64,000 nt of DNA from Spirochaetia bacterium. Lineage in GTDB: Bacteria; Spirochaetota; Spirochaetia; SZUA-6; Bin103. Below the pieces are notes generated by a model. The model searched no databases. It saw only the letters and a list, made by a program, of their open reading frames with translations, and had not been told where the DNA came from. The stretch covers positions 5,472,001-5,536,000 of the forward strand of contig CBDBDQ010000005.1 in NCBI GenBank assembly GCA_965203905.1, in the 5' to 3' direction. Position numbers and translations under genes: made by a program. Of the stretch, positions 23,401 to 31,263 are shown in pieces (position 1 is the stretch's first letter; every line of letters starts with the position of its first letter).

Positions 23401-26400
23401 GCGAACGTGGTCGTCAGCTACACGGTGACCGGGACCGCCGCGGTGGGCACCGACTACACCGCTCCCAGCGGCGCGCTGACGATTTGGACACCTGCCTCGA
23501 GTGGCACGATCACGATCCACACCATCGACGACCACGTGCTGGAAGCTGACGACAACCTCTCGGTGACGCTGATATCGGCGGCCTCGGCAGGTACGGTCTC
23601 GGTCGACGACGCCGCTGCCACGGCGACCGCCACGATCGCCGACAACGACGAGGTAACCGTGTCGATTCGACCGCGGGGATCGACTTCAGCCGGAAGATCG
23701 GCGCGAGCCGCGCAGACGGCAGGTGGCTTTACCGTGCAGGAAGGCGCCACGATGTCTTTCTCCGTGGACCTGTCGGGCCAGATAGCGGCAGGAGTGGAGG
23801 TGAAAATCGAGTACGGCACCGAGGACGGCACGGCACGGGCCAACGAGGACTACCACCCGAGCAGCGGCACGCTGACCTTCACCCACAGCGACGCCAGCAA
23901 GACGGTGACGGTACGGACGATGGAGGACCAGTACAACGAGGCGGGCGAGACCTTCGCGCTGACGATCAAGTTGGCGCCGGGCAATCCACCGGGAGTCAAT
24001 CTTGGGATACACGCCGTAACTGCAACGATCATCGATAACGACCCGCTGCAGGCAACGGTCAGAGCCGACGATGCGGTGGTGCGTGAAGGTGAGTCGGCGA
24101 CGTTCACGGTCACTATAGCGCCTGCAGACGTCACCAGCACGGCAGATGTGCTGGTCGAGTACCAGGTGACCGGCACGGCAATCAGTGGCAGCGACTACAC
24201 GGCGCCGGCGGGCAGGTTGACGATCGGGCAGGGCAGGTCGAGCGGCACGCTCACGATTGACACGCGCCGTGACAGTAATCCCGAGCGCGATGAGACCCTG
24301 CGGGTGACGTTGGTGCGGGCGAGCTCGGCGGGTGAAGTGACGGTCGGCGCAACGGACGCCGTGACGACGATAACGGAGGATGTAGAGGATGTAACGGTCT
24401 CGGCGGAAGATGTCTCGGCGCCTGAAGGCGAGGCGGCGCTCTTGGTGGTGACGCTGTCGGACCCGGTGGACCAGACGGTGGAGGTCTTCTATCGGACCAC
24501 GGGTGGCAGCGGAGCCCGCGGCGCGATTGAGGGCACGGACTATACGGGAAAGAGCGGCACGCTGATTTTCGATCCGGGCGGGACGCTGCGGCAGACCATC
24601 ACGGTGGAGACGACCGAGGACAGGCTGAACGAGGCGGACGAGACGTTTGACGTGAACTTGGTGACACAGCTCGGCGGGCCGAGCGTCGTGACGCCCGCCG
24701 TAGCTGCAACGATCGTCGATGACGACCCGCTTCAGGCGACGGTTCGCGCCGACGATGCGGTGGTGGGTGAAGGTGAATCGGCGACGTTCACGGTCACTCT
24801 AGGGCCTGCTGACGTCACCAGCACGGCAGATGTGGTGGTCAGCTACCACGTGACCGGGACCGCGACCCGCGGCAGCGACTACCCGGCGCCCGCGGGCACC
24901 TTGACCATCGGGCGGGGCATGGCGAGCGGCACGATCACGATTGCGACGCTGCCCGACACGGTGCTCGAGCTGGATGAGACCCTGCGAGTGACGTTGCTGC
25001 AGGCGACTTCGGCGGGTGAAGTGACGGTCGGCGCTGCGGCTGCGGTGACGACGATAACTGACGACGACGTCACGCTCTCAGCGGAAGATGTCACGGTGGC
25101 CGAAGGCACCGCCGCCGTCTTCGTGGTGACGCTGTCGCACCCGGTGGACCAGACGGTGGAGGTCTTCTATCGGACCACGGGTGGCAGCGGAGCCCGCGGC
25201 GCGATTGAGGGCACGGACTATACGGGAAAGAGCGGCACGCTGACCTTCGATCCGGGCGGGACGCTGCGGCAGACCATCACGGTGGAGACGATCGAGGACA
25301 GGCTGAACGAGGCGGACGAGCCGTTTGCCATGGCACTGTCGTTGGTGACTCCGGTCGGCGGGCTCAGCGTCGGGACACCTGTCGTGGTGGCGACGATCCG
25401 TGATGACGATGAGCTGCAGGCGGTGGTGCGGGCCGACAAACAGGTAGTGCGCGAAGGCGAGCCGGCGACGTTCACGGTTACTCTAGGGCCTGCAGACGTC
25501 ACCAGCACGGCAGAAGTGGTGGTCGAGTACCAGGTGACCGGCACGGCGACCAGCGGCAGCGACTACCCGGCGCCCGCGGGCAACCTGACCATCGGGCGGG
25601 GCACGGCGCGCGGCACGATCACGATTGCGACGCTGCCCGACACGGTGCTCGAGCCGGATGAGACCCTGCGAGTGACGTTGCGGCAGGCGACTTCGGCGGG
25701 TGAAGTGACGGTCGGCGCTGCGGCTGCGGTGACGACGATAACTGACGACGACGTCACGCTCTCAGCGGAAGATGTCACGGTGGCCGAAGGCACCGCCGCA
25801 GTCTTCGTGGTGACGCTGTCGGACCGGGTGGACCAAGCGGTGGAAGTCTCCTATCGGACCTCGATGGCCTCCGGAGGAGTCACGGCCGTTGTGGCCACCG
25901 ACTACACCGCAACCAGCGGCACGCTGACCTTCGATCCGGGCGGGACGCTGCGGCAGACCATCACGGTGGAGACGATCGAGGACAGGCTGAACGAGGCGCA
26001 CGAGAGGTTCGCCTTGAGACTGAACTTGGTGGCGCAGGTCGGCGGGGTCAGCGTCGGGACACCTGTCGTGGCGGCGACGATCCTGGATGACGATGAGCTG
26101 CAGGCGGTGGTGCGCGCCGACAAACAGGTAGTGCGTGAAGGTGTATCGGCGACGTTCACGGTCACCCTAGGGCCTGCAGACGTCAACAGCACGGCAGATG
26201 TGCTGGTCGAGTACCAGGTGACCGGGACCGCAACCAGCGGCAGCGACTACACGGCGCCCGCGGGCAACCTGACCATCGGGCGGGGCACGGCGCGCGGCAC
26301 GATCACGATTGCGACGCGGCCCGACACGGTGCCCGAGCTGGATGAGACCCTGCGGGTGACGTTGCTGCAGGCGACTACGACGGGTGAAGTGACGGTCAGT

Positions 26401-29400
26401 CCAGCGGCTGCGGTGACCAGGATAACTGACGACGACGTCACGCTCTCGGCGGAAGATGTCAAGGCGCGCGAAGGCGCCGCGGCAGTCTTCGTGGTGACGC
26501 TGTCGGACCGGGTGGACCAAACAGTGGAGGTCTCCTATCAAACTACGGGCGGTAGCGGAACCCGTGGCGCGGTTGAGGGCGTGGACTACCAGGGCCGAAA
26601 GGGCACGCTGACCTTCGTTCCTGGTGGGACGCTGCGGCAGACGATCAGGGTCGAGACGACCGGAGACAGGCTGAACGAGGCGGACGAGATGTTTGCCCTG
26701 AGATTGGAAGCTCACATCGCCGGGCTAACCGTTGGGACGCCCGTCGTGGTTGCGACGATCCTGGATGACGATGCGCTGCGGGCGGCGGTACGTGCGGACC
26801 AACAGGTCGTGCCGGAGGGCGAGCCGGCGACGTTCACGGTAACCCTGTCGAGCACTCCTCCCGGTGCTACGAGCACAACCGAGGTGGTGGTTGACTACGT
26901 TGTCGCCGGCTCAGCGAGCTCGGGTATCGATTACACGGCGCCAGCCGAGTCGCTGACGATCGCGGCTGGGGCGCCGAGTGGCACGATCACGATCGAGACT
27001 GTCCTCGACGGAGAGATCGAGCCCGCCGAGACGCTGCAGATAGTGCTCGAAACGGCGCGTTCGGCCGGTGAGGTGATGGTGGACACAACGCCGGCGACCG
27101 CTACGACTTCGGAGCAGGCCCCGTTGCGGGCGGAAGTGCAGGCCTTGGCCGGCAGCGTGGCCGAGGGCGAGTCCGCGCAGTTCCGGGTGACGTTGTCAGG
27201 CGGTACGAGCACCTCTGAGGTAGTTGTCGACTATCTCGTGGAGGGTACGGCCACCCCGGATCAGGACTACACGACACCGAGTGGCAAACTGACGATCGCC
27301 GCTGCGGCCGCGAGCGATACTATTACCATCGAGACACTGCACGATTTGGTGCTCGATCCCGACGAGACCCTGACGCTGCGGCTTGCCAGCGCTCGGTCCG
27401 CGACCCGGGGCGTACGGGTCGTGACGACTCCGGTAACCACGACGATCACCGATGACGGCACGGTGCTGGTGTCGGTTGCGGGTGAGCCCGTTCTCGAGGG
27501 CAGCTTGGCGTACTTCGAGGTCGCACTGGACGGCCCGGTGGCTGCAGCGGTGGAGGTGACGTACGAGACCAAGGACGGTACGGCACAGGCCGGCGCCGAC
27601 TATACCGCGACGAACGGTGTGGTAACGATTCCCGAGGGCGCACTCGGGGGCACCATTACGGTAGCGACGAGTCCGGATTCGCTGAACGAGGCGGCTGAGT
27701 CTTTTGCGCTGCAGCTGACGTTGAGACGCGATCTCAGTGGGCTGGTTCTGGCGACGGACAGGGTCACGGGAACGATCACCGATGACGACCCGCTGACGGC
27801 GACGGTAAGCGCGGCTACCGGGATCATTGCCGAGGGCGAGTCAACTACCTTCGAGGTGACGCTTACGGGCGGCACCAGCACCGCCGACGTGGAGGTCGAC
27901 TACACCGTCGGCGGCACGGCGGACGCCGGCAACGACTACACGCCGCTGAGCGGCACGCTGACGATCTTGGCTGGCGCCGCCAGTGGAGCGATCACCGTCG
28001 ACACCTACATCGACCACATCGGCGGGACGATCGATCCCGACGAGACTCTGGTAGTTACGCTGGACGCGGCAAGATCCGCCGGTGAGGTCATGGTGGACCG
28101 GACGCCCGCAACGACGACGATCGCTAGAGTTTCGGTGTCGGTGGCGGCGGCAACGGCACAGGAAGGCGAGCCCCTGAGATTCGTGGTGACCCTTGCCGGC
28201 GAAGTAACGAGGGCCGTGGCGGTGTCCTACGGGACTTCCAACGGTACGGCGCAGGCCGGCAAGGACTACACGGCGGCCAGCGGCACGCTGACGTTCGAGC
28301 CGGCCGCGCTTGAGCGGGCGTTCACGGTTACGGTCGCGACCAGCCAGGATGAGCTGGACGAGGCCGACGAGACCTTCATATTGACGCTGCGCGACCCGGT
28401 CAACGCCGAGCTCGGGGACGACTACCGTGCGCCGGGTACGATCATCGATGACGACGCCGCGCCCGAGATGACGATCGCGGACGCGGTAGCCATCGAGAGA
28501 GTGGGAACGATGGTGTTCCCGGTGAGGCTGTCGACGGAGAGCGGACGCCAGCTGGCGATCCAGTACCATACTGAAGACGTTACGACGACGGCCGGAGAGG
28601 ATTACCGGGAGGTGGCACAGCGCACCCTGACCATCGAGCCGGGGCAGACCGTCGCCGAGATCCGGATCAAGGTGCACAACGACAGCCTGGACGAGGCGGA
28701 CGAGACCTTCGAGGTGCGGCTGAGCGAGGCGCAGCATGTAGCCCTGGCCGACCGCGCCGCTACCGGCACTATCATCGACGATGACGCGCCGGTGGCACAC
28801 GTCTGGTTGTCGCGTTTCGGGCGCACGGTGGCTACCCATGTGCTGAATGCGGTGGACGATCGCCTTGCCCGGACATCGAGCCGCAGTTCCCAGGTGACGG
28901 TGGCCGGCCGGAGGCTGCAGCCGACCGCTGTTGCGGCAACGCCGCAGGAGTTCGTGGCGACCCCGTTCCGCGTGATGGAGGGTCGCGAACTGCTGAACGG
29001 CAGCTCCTTTCGCCTGGCGGTGGACTACGGGAACGAGGAGTCCTCCGCCAGCGCGGCTACGTGGACCGCCTGGGGCCGCGCCGCGGTGACGCGATTGGCG
29101 GGGGAGGAAGGTGAAGTCGACCTGAAGGGCAATGTGATCACCACCGCCCTGGGCGTCGACTACGACTGGGGCCCGGTTCTGGCCGGACTGGCACTGGCAT
29201 ACAGCGGTGGCGGAGCCGACTATGGGGTGTCGAGGCCGAAACTGGAACTGGCCGCGGGCGACGTTGGAAGCTGGCTCATCAGCGCGCATCCCTATGCGCG
29301 GGTAACGGTGATCGACGGGTTGGAGGTATGGGGCCTGCTCGGTTACGGTCTGGGCATGGTGACACAGGTCGAAGACGATGAAGACGACAAGGACGAGGCT

Positions 29401-30180
29401 GCCATTGGCCTGTCGATGGCGGCCCTCGGGGTGCGTGGAACGCTGCTTGCGGCGTCCGACTCGGGCGGCTTTGACCTCAAGCTGAAGTCGGATGGCTTCC
29501 TGGCACGCGTGAACGCTGATGCAATCGCGGCTCTGCCTGCGGCGGAAGTGGACTCGAGCCGCGTGCGGCTGGTGATGGAAGGCGCGTACGAGGCGCACCT
29601 CGGCGATGGAAGCATGCTTGTTCCGATGGTGGAGACCGCAGTTCGCTACGACATCGGCCACGCGGAGGAGGGCTTCGGTGCAGAGGTCGGCGGTGGCGTA
29701 CGGTACTTGAAGCCGGAGTGGGGCTTGACCACGATGGCGCACGGACGCTTCCTGTTGGTGCATGAGAACAACGGTTACGGAGAGTGGGGCCTGCGCGCAT
29801 CGGCGCTGCTCAATCCGACTGGGTCACGATATGGCCTCTCGGCGGCATTGAGCTCTTCGTGGGGGGTGCCGGCAAGCGGTGTGCACCGTCTGTGGTCGGA
29901 CGTCATCCCCGTGCCGGCTGCAAGCGGACGAGCCGTGGCCAGTGGCCAGCTCGATGCGGAGGTCGGCTACGGCGTGAGTGTGCACGCGCTTGGCCGAGAA
30001 GGCGTGCTGACTCCCTTCGCGGGCCTGACGCTGGGTGGTGGGAACAGCCGTGGCTATCGGCTGGGCGGGCGACTGAACCTGACGCCATCGCTCAGCCTGA
30101 GCGTGCAAGGCGAACGCCGGGAAAGCGACGCCGCCGCACCAGCGCACGGCCTCGCGCTGAGCGGCTCACTGCGTTGGTAG
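11452..30180 (+). CDS. Giant surface adhesin: N-terminal domains + FN3 + ~45 Calx-beta-like repeats + autotransporter-like beta-barrel (start uncertain)
   Basis: Uninterrupted 6242-aa ORF; repeated EG..F.VTL..Y...GTA..G.DY...GTLT...DD...E.ETF...TI.DDD modules; FN3-like LQW..Y..GLDPGTTRHYRVKA; C-terminal WLSRFGRTVA helix then amphipathic strands ending in W. Confidence 0.9.
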   Translation: MDSNQWIKMRIVINDTRERTSRRVRTPIAASLFGKKTASPVPHGAAADARDPLPGSSGAPDVFPDNTSRSPSGNYVAAHLPSPRIRSGNLWKYPRARALRALLMVAAFGAGHVVHAQPDAESGPPTASHAAFGGSGMAQLGSRPLPHVQLPDSTVPGSDLLRRALLTTGTAVSTTANPRIVEVSLDSDFGNRRWYPPRRRIAVAVKFDRPVRVSTFAGTPWIGLSLGTQPLGRASYVAGSGSKELIFHLVVADRNQDLDAVAVAANSLNLNGGLIRQRASLVDASLAHGAVAGRLDNAITRLETPFVTDLVAGADGPHHAVEGQPPSAEVIFGRDLALASGSVRTPLPGLDFQSEVRLARHPGAAPAGMAAAATPQAHVDQLRAAESVLAAARSYRVAPAGSEEAAASSNTLRAASSPPRTPFLSAFAYGQSRIALQWSNLRDNRVTEYMLEFSDDGETTWETLPYVDGEGTEHDTHPPATRPTSNKFDDDGLDPGTTRHYRVKALTSDPAVESEWSRVVSATTNSMVSVAECSAAFWSAEITVSEFGAFNYLGFRIDGGTPNGDGSISDGDFTLGATEYTVTEVYFSGGRGYYNSPPDYHFAADDDPSSDTDFSQAQLDEFNDLVLYVGDVRLPFAGVTAHSNQSYGHAYRWTSYNYEDTFGSPDGDYIVGDRVPVCLIDTSPRVTLKLTPDSISENGGASTVTATVSSASSTPFAVTVSAAAVSPATANDFTLSSNKVLSFAANATESTGTVTITARNNTLDAPDKTITVSGSVPDSAPAKAPADVTLAITDDEELTLSVTASPDTIAENGGTSTVTVSTGGVTFAIAQTIDLAYGGTAGSGTDYAAPPASLTLTAGQSTVTATLRARDDAIDDDAETIEITATYGGQTAQETVTITDDDAATLSVTANPDAIAEAGGTSTVTVSTGGVTFTTAQTITLTYAGTAGKGTDYEEPVASVPLPVGDHTATLTLTAKDDTVDDDGETIEITAEHGGQTAQDTVTITDDDETTLSVTAVPDAIAEAGGTSTVTVSTGGVTFATNQTIVLAYGGTAANGTDYEAPPATLTLTAGASTATLTLTAKDDTIDDDAETIEITATHGSNTARETVTITDDDAVRLSVTAVPDAIAEAGGTSTVTVSTGGVTFATNQTIALAYGGTAANGTDYEAPPATLTLTAGQSTATLTLTAKDDTIDDDAETVEITATHGSNTARETVTITDDDAVTVSIADADPVVEGGTARFVVSLSTSSTKQVTVTYMTADGTALQPGDYTAVPSTTLEFAPGDTTKTISVATEDDELDEEDGETFKVTLKSPVNATLEDDEAAGSIDDNDGEPELSLLSVTRSLSESGGSMTFTVTLSAASGKTVTVDYATVADTATAVDDYVETSGTLTFKPGAPLSSSILVPIQPDTLNEADETFKLRLSNADNATLDGGGSTLDATGTISDDDALRARISEHADSVPEGTAATFTVTLSSTPAGVESTADVVVVYTLGGTATSADYTAPSDLKLTIGSGESSGTITIPTSTDSVLDPGETIVVTLTSASTAGAVTVDATAATTTLVEDGTETVSVAAATATEGNAANFVVTLSGAVSSAVEVSYETSDGSAEAGSDYTGVNDTLTFRVGESLQQTIAVTTTDDTLNEATENFTLTLTSITQVAGLRLGTANATGEITDNDALEAEVSADATEVDEGNPATFTVSLTAGIESTAPVEVRYTVGGTAGSHDYTAPSGTLVIAKGESSGTITIAIDDDDVVDPGETLEVTLSAATTATRTVTVDTTAAASTTITDTDTATISIAEAAAVGEGETARFVVTLSLPVASAVEVSYESSDGTATAGSDYTRASGTLTFGPGKSLQQTIAVDATDDKLNEASEDFTLALTSITQVAGLSLGTASATGEITDNDALAARVSADATDVDEGSAAKFTVNLTAGIESTAPVEVRYTVGGTAGSDDYTAPSGTLVIAQGDASGTITIDIADDDVLDPDETIGVTLTSATTATRTVEVDTTEVASTTITDTDTAKISIADAGSVDEGDTARFEVTMSTAAARDVVLSYRTWDFSAQAGSDYRAKDDTLTLAAGTTSATIAVETIHDTHNEAAENFTVTLTLDTQVEGLSVENGSATAEITDNDALRAAISEHADNVPEGTAATFTVTLSSTPPGVASTTDVVVVYTVGGTATSDDYTAPSDLKLTIDSGEESGTIIIPTSTDSVLDPGETIVVTLTSASTAGAVTVDATAATTTLVEQGTETVSVAAATATEGAAANFVVTLSGAVSSVVEVSYETSDGSAEAGSDYTGVNGTLTFGVGESLQQTIAVDTTDDTLNEATESFTLTLTSITQLAGLSLGTASAAGEITDNDALAATVSADQSSVNEGDAAEFTVNLTAGITSTAPVEVSYTLGGTVGSADYTAPASPLTIAKGAASGTITIAVADDEVLDPGETLEVTLSAATTETRTVEVSATAASTTITDTDTATVAIANATVTEGDTARFAVTLSLPVASAVEVSYQTAQGSALPGTGNDYLTHSGTLIFRPGESLQHTIEVTTVEDELNEADEIFTVTLTLDSRVDGLTLETASATGTIEDDDAVPELALTSVTQRLAEGGGNMTFTVSLGAASSRIVTVDYAAVDGTATAEKDYAVTRGTLTFRPGENRQRSIEVTILDDDMDEDDETFALRLSNATNATLAGGGETLAATGTIEDDDVLQAAVKADALTVAESNPATFTVELTGGTSMAEVLVAYTVSGTATAGADYTAPGGILRITEGAASGTITIQTLADDLLDAGETLEVKLVSASSGTRPVIVDTTAVATTTIADTDTETVSISDAAAAEGDTASFDVTLSGAVASPVEVPYETSSGTGATDAGAGVDYTVTRGTLTFEPNGVREQSIRVATSEDSLNEANETFTVTLTSSGLPDGVSLGTASATGTINDDDPQEARVGANAVSVTEGGAATFAVTLTGGTSTADVEVAYTVGGTATAGTDYTAPGGTLTIAARANSGTITINTSTDSVVDPGETLEVQLTGATTATGTVTVDTTAATTTITEADEVTVSVADATKEEGAALSFTVEMSGAVATPVEVSWATSSESADTAVADTDYTAARGTLTFNPDQALTQTVTVTTDEDTLNEASETFTVTLTASDLPSGVSLGTATATGTITDDDPLQAAVESMTQNVPEGSPAKFTVTLTGGTSTADVVVAYSVTGTATAGTDYTAPGGRLTLAPRATSGTITIATSTDDILDPGETLVVTLDTATTAGAATVDSGTATATITQAGSVTLSVADAAAEEGEAVTFTVTLSGGAASAVKLSYQTASGTEATAADAASDYTAGTGTLTFNPSASLEQTIAVATTEDTLHEADETFTLTLTGVDLPAGVELGDATATGTIEDDDDQPTLALTSVTESLAEGGGSMTFTVSLDTATGKTATVDYTTVDGTAQAGNDKDYAATSGTLTFSPGGVRQRNVAVRVHQDDLDEDDETFQFELSNATAAALAGGGSTLAVTRTIVDDDVLAAAVTEVAQNVTEGNAAQFTVTVTGGTSTANVVVAYAVGGTATAGADYTAPSGTLTLTAGAATGTIAITTLTDQALDTGETLEVRLVSASTATRTVVIDATAAATTSIVDAGAVTVSVADATVVEGATASFTVELSAAVADPVEVTYETSSGSGAGDAAAGSDYPVTSGTLTFSQGGALEQTIRVPTTQDNLNEPSEIFKVTLEGPDLPAGVVLGDAEATGTITDDDPLRVTLRAEAQNVPEGEVASFTVTVRDNTSTADVVVDYTVAGTAEQDVDYTAPDGSLTIRQGKSSGTMAITTLTDDLLDPGETLEVTLTRATTAGRSVTVDTTAVTTTLAEQSTVTVSVRASTGGGGAVTAVEGEPMQFTVNLSGVAAIAVEVPYQTANGTAQAGVDYAATSGTLIFAPNETSKTVTVPTIEDQLNETDETLTLTLTEQGLPFGVDLETSSLTGTITDDDPLSVRVRAPSGSVTEGDPVTFMVELNGTSTANVVVSYTVTGTAAVGTDYTAPSGALTIWTPASSGTITIHTIDDHVLEADDNLSVTLISAASAGTVSVDDAAATATATIADNDEVTVSIRPRGSTSAGRSARAAQTAGGFTVQEGATMSFSVDLSGQIAAGVEVKIEYGTEDGTARANEDYHPSSGTLTFTHSDASKTVTVRTMEDQYNEAGETFALTIKLAPGNPPGVNLGIHAVTATIIDNDPLQATVRADDAVVREGESATFTVTIAPADVTSTADVLVEYQVTGTAISGSDYTAPAGRLTIGQGRSSGTLTIDTRRDSNPERDETLRVTLVRASSAGEVTVGATDAVTTITEDVEDVTVSAEDVSAPEGEAALLVVTLSDPVDQTVEVFYRTTGGSGARGAIEGTDYTGKSGTLIFDPGGTLRQTITVETTEDRLNEADETFDVNLVTQLGGPSVVTPAVAATIVDDDPLQATVRADDAVVGEGESATFTVTLGPADVTSTADVVVSYHVTGTATRGSDYPAPAGTLTIGRGMASGTITIATLPDTVLELDETLRVTLLQATSAGEVTVGAAAAVTTITDDDVTLSAEDVTVAEGTAAVFVVTLSHPVDQTVEVFYRTTGGSGARGAIEGTDYTGKSGTLTFDPGGTLRQTITVETIEDRLNEADEPFAMALSLVTPVGGLSVGTPVVVATIRDDDELQAVVRADKQVVREGEPATFTVTLGPADVTSTAEVVVEYQVTGTATSGSDYPAPAGNLTIGRGTARGTITIATLPDTVLEPDETLRVTLRQATSAGEVTVGAAAAVTTITDDDVTLSAEDVTVAEGTAAVFVVTLSDRVDQAVEVSYRTSMASGGVTAVVATDYTATSGTLTFDPGGTLRQTITVETIEDRLNEAHERFALRLNLVAQVGGVSVGTPVVAATILDDDELQAVVRADKQVVREGVSATFTVTLGPADVNSTADVLVEYQVTGTATSGSDYTAPAGNLTIGRGTARGTITIATRPDTVPELDETLRVTLLQATTTGEVTVSPAAAVTRITDDDVTLSAEDVKAREGAAAVFVVTLSDRVDQTVEVSYQTTGGSGTRGAVEGVDYQGRKGTLTFVPGGTLRQTIRVETTGDRLNEADEMFALRLEAHIAGLTVGTPVVVATILDDDALRAAVRADQQVVPEGEPATFTVTLSSTPPGATSTTEVVVDYVVAGSASSGIDYTAPAESLTIAAGAPSGTITIETVLDGEIEPAETLQIVLETARSAGEVMVDTTPATATTSEQAPLRAEVQALAGSVAEGESAQFRVTLSGGTSTSEVVVDYLVEGTATPDQDYTTPSGKLTIAAAAASDTITIETLHDLVLDPDETLTLRLASARSATRGVRVVTTPVTTTITDDGTVLVSVAGEPVLEGSLAYFEVALDGPVAAAVEVTYETKDGTAQAGADYTATNGVVTIPEGALGGTITVATSPDSLNEAAESFALQLTLRRDLSGLVLATDRVTGTITDDDPLTATVSAATGIIAEGESTTFEVTLTGGTSTADVEVDYTVGGTADAGNDYTPLSGTLTILAGAASGAITVDTYIDHIGGTIDPDETLVVTLDAARSAGEVMVDRTPATTTIARVSVSVAAATAQEGEPLRFVVTLAGEVTRAVAVSYGTSNGTAQAGKDYTAASGTLTFEPAALERAFTVTVATSQDELDEADETFILTLRDPVNAELGDDYRAPGTIIDDDAAPEMTIADAVAIERVGTMVFPVRLSTESGRQLAIQYHTEDVTTTAGEDYREVAQRTLTIEPGQTVAEIRIKVHNDSLDEADETFEVRLSEAQHVALADRAATGTIIDDDAPVAHVWLSRFGRTVATHVLNAVDDRLARTSSRSSQVTVAGRRLQPTAVAATPQEFVATPFRVMEGRELLNGSSFRLAVDYGNEESSASAATWTAWGRAAVTRLAGEEGEVDLKGNVITTALGVDYDWGPVLAGLALAYSGGGADYGVSRPKLELAAGDVGSWLISAHPYARVTVIDGLEVWGLLGYGLGMVTQVEDDEDDKDEAAIGLSMAALGVRGTLLAASDSGGFDLKLKSDGFLARVNADAIAALPAAEVDSSRVRLVMEGAYEAHLGDGSMLVPMVETAVRYDIGHAEEGFGAEVGGGVRYLKPEWGLTTMAHGRFLLVHENNGYGEWGLRASALLNPTGSRYGLSAALSSSWGVPASGVHRLWSDVIPVPAASGRAVASGQLDAEVGYGVSVHALGREGVLTPFAGLTLGGGNSRGYRLGGRLNLTPSLSLSVQGERRESDAAAPAHGLALSGSLRW
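13500..28785 (+). repeat. Intragenic Calx-beta module array with 318-bp, 678-bp and 684-bp periodicities
   Basis: 318-bp units at ~13840-15110; 678-bp A/B pairs at ~15790-18800, including a near-copy 2034 bp apart; 684-bp pairs at ~24400-26770. Confidence 0.88.
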
Positions 30181-30188
30181 CGAGCCAG

Positions 30189-31256
30189 ATGGACAGAATT
30201 GGAGTCGGCTTTATCGGTGCCGGTCGCATTTCCGACCTGCACGCCATCGAATACCTCAGCAATCCGCACGCGACGATCGTCGCGCTGTGCGACCGGGAGT
30301 TGGCTCTCGCCGCGGCGCGCAGGAAGGCCTGGGGAGTGAAGGATGCGGTGATCAGCACCGACTATCACGAGGTCCTGGCGCTCGACCAGGTCGACCTGGT
30401 GGAGATTCTGCTTCCGCATAACCTGCATGTGGAGGCGGCCTTGGCGGCGTTGGCGGCGGGCAAGGCGGTCTCCCTGCAGAAGCCGATGGCGACCAGTCTG
30501 GAGGGCGCCGACCGTCTGGTCGCCGCCGCCGACCAGGCAGCGGTGCCGTTCCGCGTGTTCGAGAACTTCATCTTCTACCCGCCGGTCGTCAAGGCCAAGG
30601 CGTTGGTCGAGGCCGGCGCTATCGGCACGCCGCTGACCATCCGCATCAAGAGCAATCCCTGCAGCAGGGCATGCGCCTGGGAGGTGCCGGCCGGGGCCCA
30701 GGCGTGGCGCCAGGACCGCGCCCAGGCCGGCGGCGGGCCACTGGTGTTCGACGACGGCCACCACAAGTTCGCGTTGGCGTGGTACTTCATGGGACCGGCG
30801 GAGGAGGTGCACGCCTGGATCGACAGCACCACCGCGGCGGACGGCTACGTGTTCGACGCACCGGCGATGATCTCGTTCCGCTTTCCGCGAGGGCGCTACG
30901 GCAACCTGGAAGTGGTGTACTCTCCCGATCTGGAGATCGCCACCGAACACTACGCCCAGGACGATCGGGTGGAGATCACCGGAACCGGGGGCGTGCTGCA
31001 GATCAATCGCGGCCACGGCCAGCTCGGCGACGTGGTGCCAGTGCGCCTCTACCGCGATGGCGCGTGGACCGACTACCGCGACCAGGAAACCGGCTGGGAG
31101 CGGAGCTTCGTGCACGCCACCCGCCACGCCATCGAAGCGTTGCGGCGCGGCGCGCAGCCGCGGCTCAGCGGCCGCGAAGCCCGCGAGATCCTCGGTTTCG
31201 CCCTTGCCGCCGAGGAATCGGCACGGATAGGACGCGCCGTTGCTGTGAGTCCCTGA
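30189..31256 (+). CDS. Gfo/Idh/MocA family oxidoreductase
   Basis: IGVGFIGAGRIS Rossmann motif, LQKPMA, GGPLVFDDGHH; ATG 8 nt after the adhesin stop. Confidence 0.9.
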   Translation: MDRIGVGFIGAGRISDLHAIEYLSNPHATIVALCDRELALAAARRKAWGVKDAVISTDYHEVLALDQVDLVEILLPHNLHVEAALAALAAGKAVSLQKPMATSLEGADRLVAAADQAAVPFRVFENFIFYPPVVKAKALVEAGAIGTPLTIRIKSNPCSRACAWEVPAGAQAWRQDRAQAGGGPLVFDDGHHKFALAWYFMGPAEEVHAWIDSTTAADGYVFDAPAMISFRFPRGRYGNLEVVYSPDLEIATEHYAQDDRVEITGTGGVLQINRGHGQLGDVVPVRLYRDGAWTDYRDQETGWERSFVHATRHAIEALRRGAQPRLSGREAREILGFALAAEESARIGRAVAVSP

Positions 31257-31263
31257 CCGGCGC

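Noticed and set aside
18625-23535. 1636-aa antisense ORF, and others such as 11512-13398, 16207-18168, 27841-29763 and 34719-37661
   Set aside because: Shadow ORFs from GC-rich, biased codon use on the Calx-beta coding strand; Arg/His/Gly-rich with no domain motifs.
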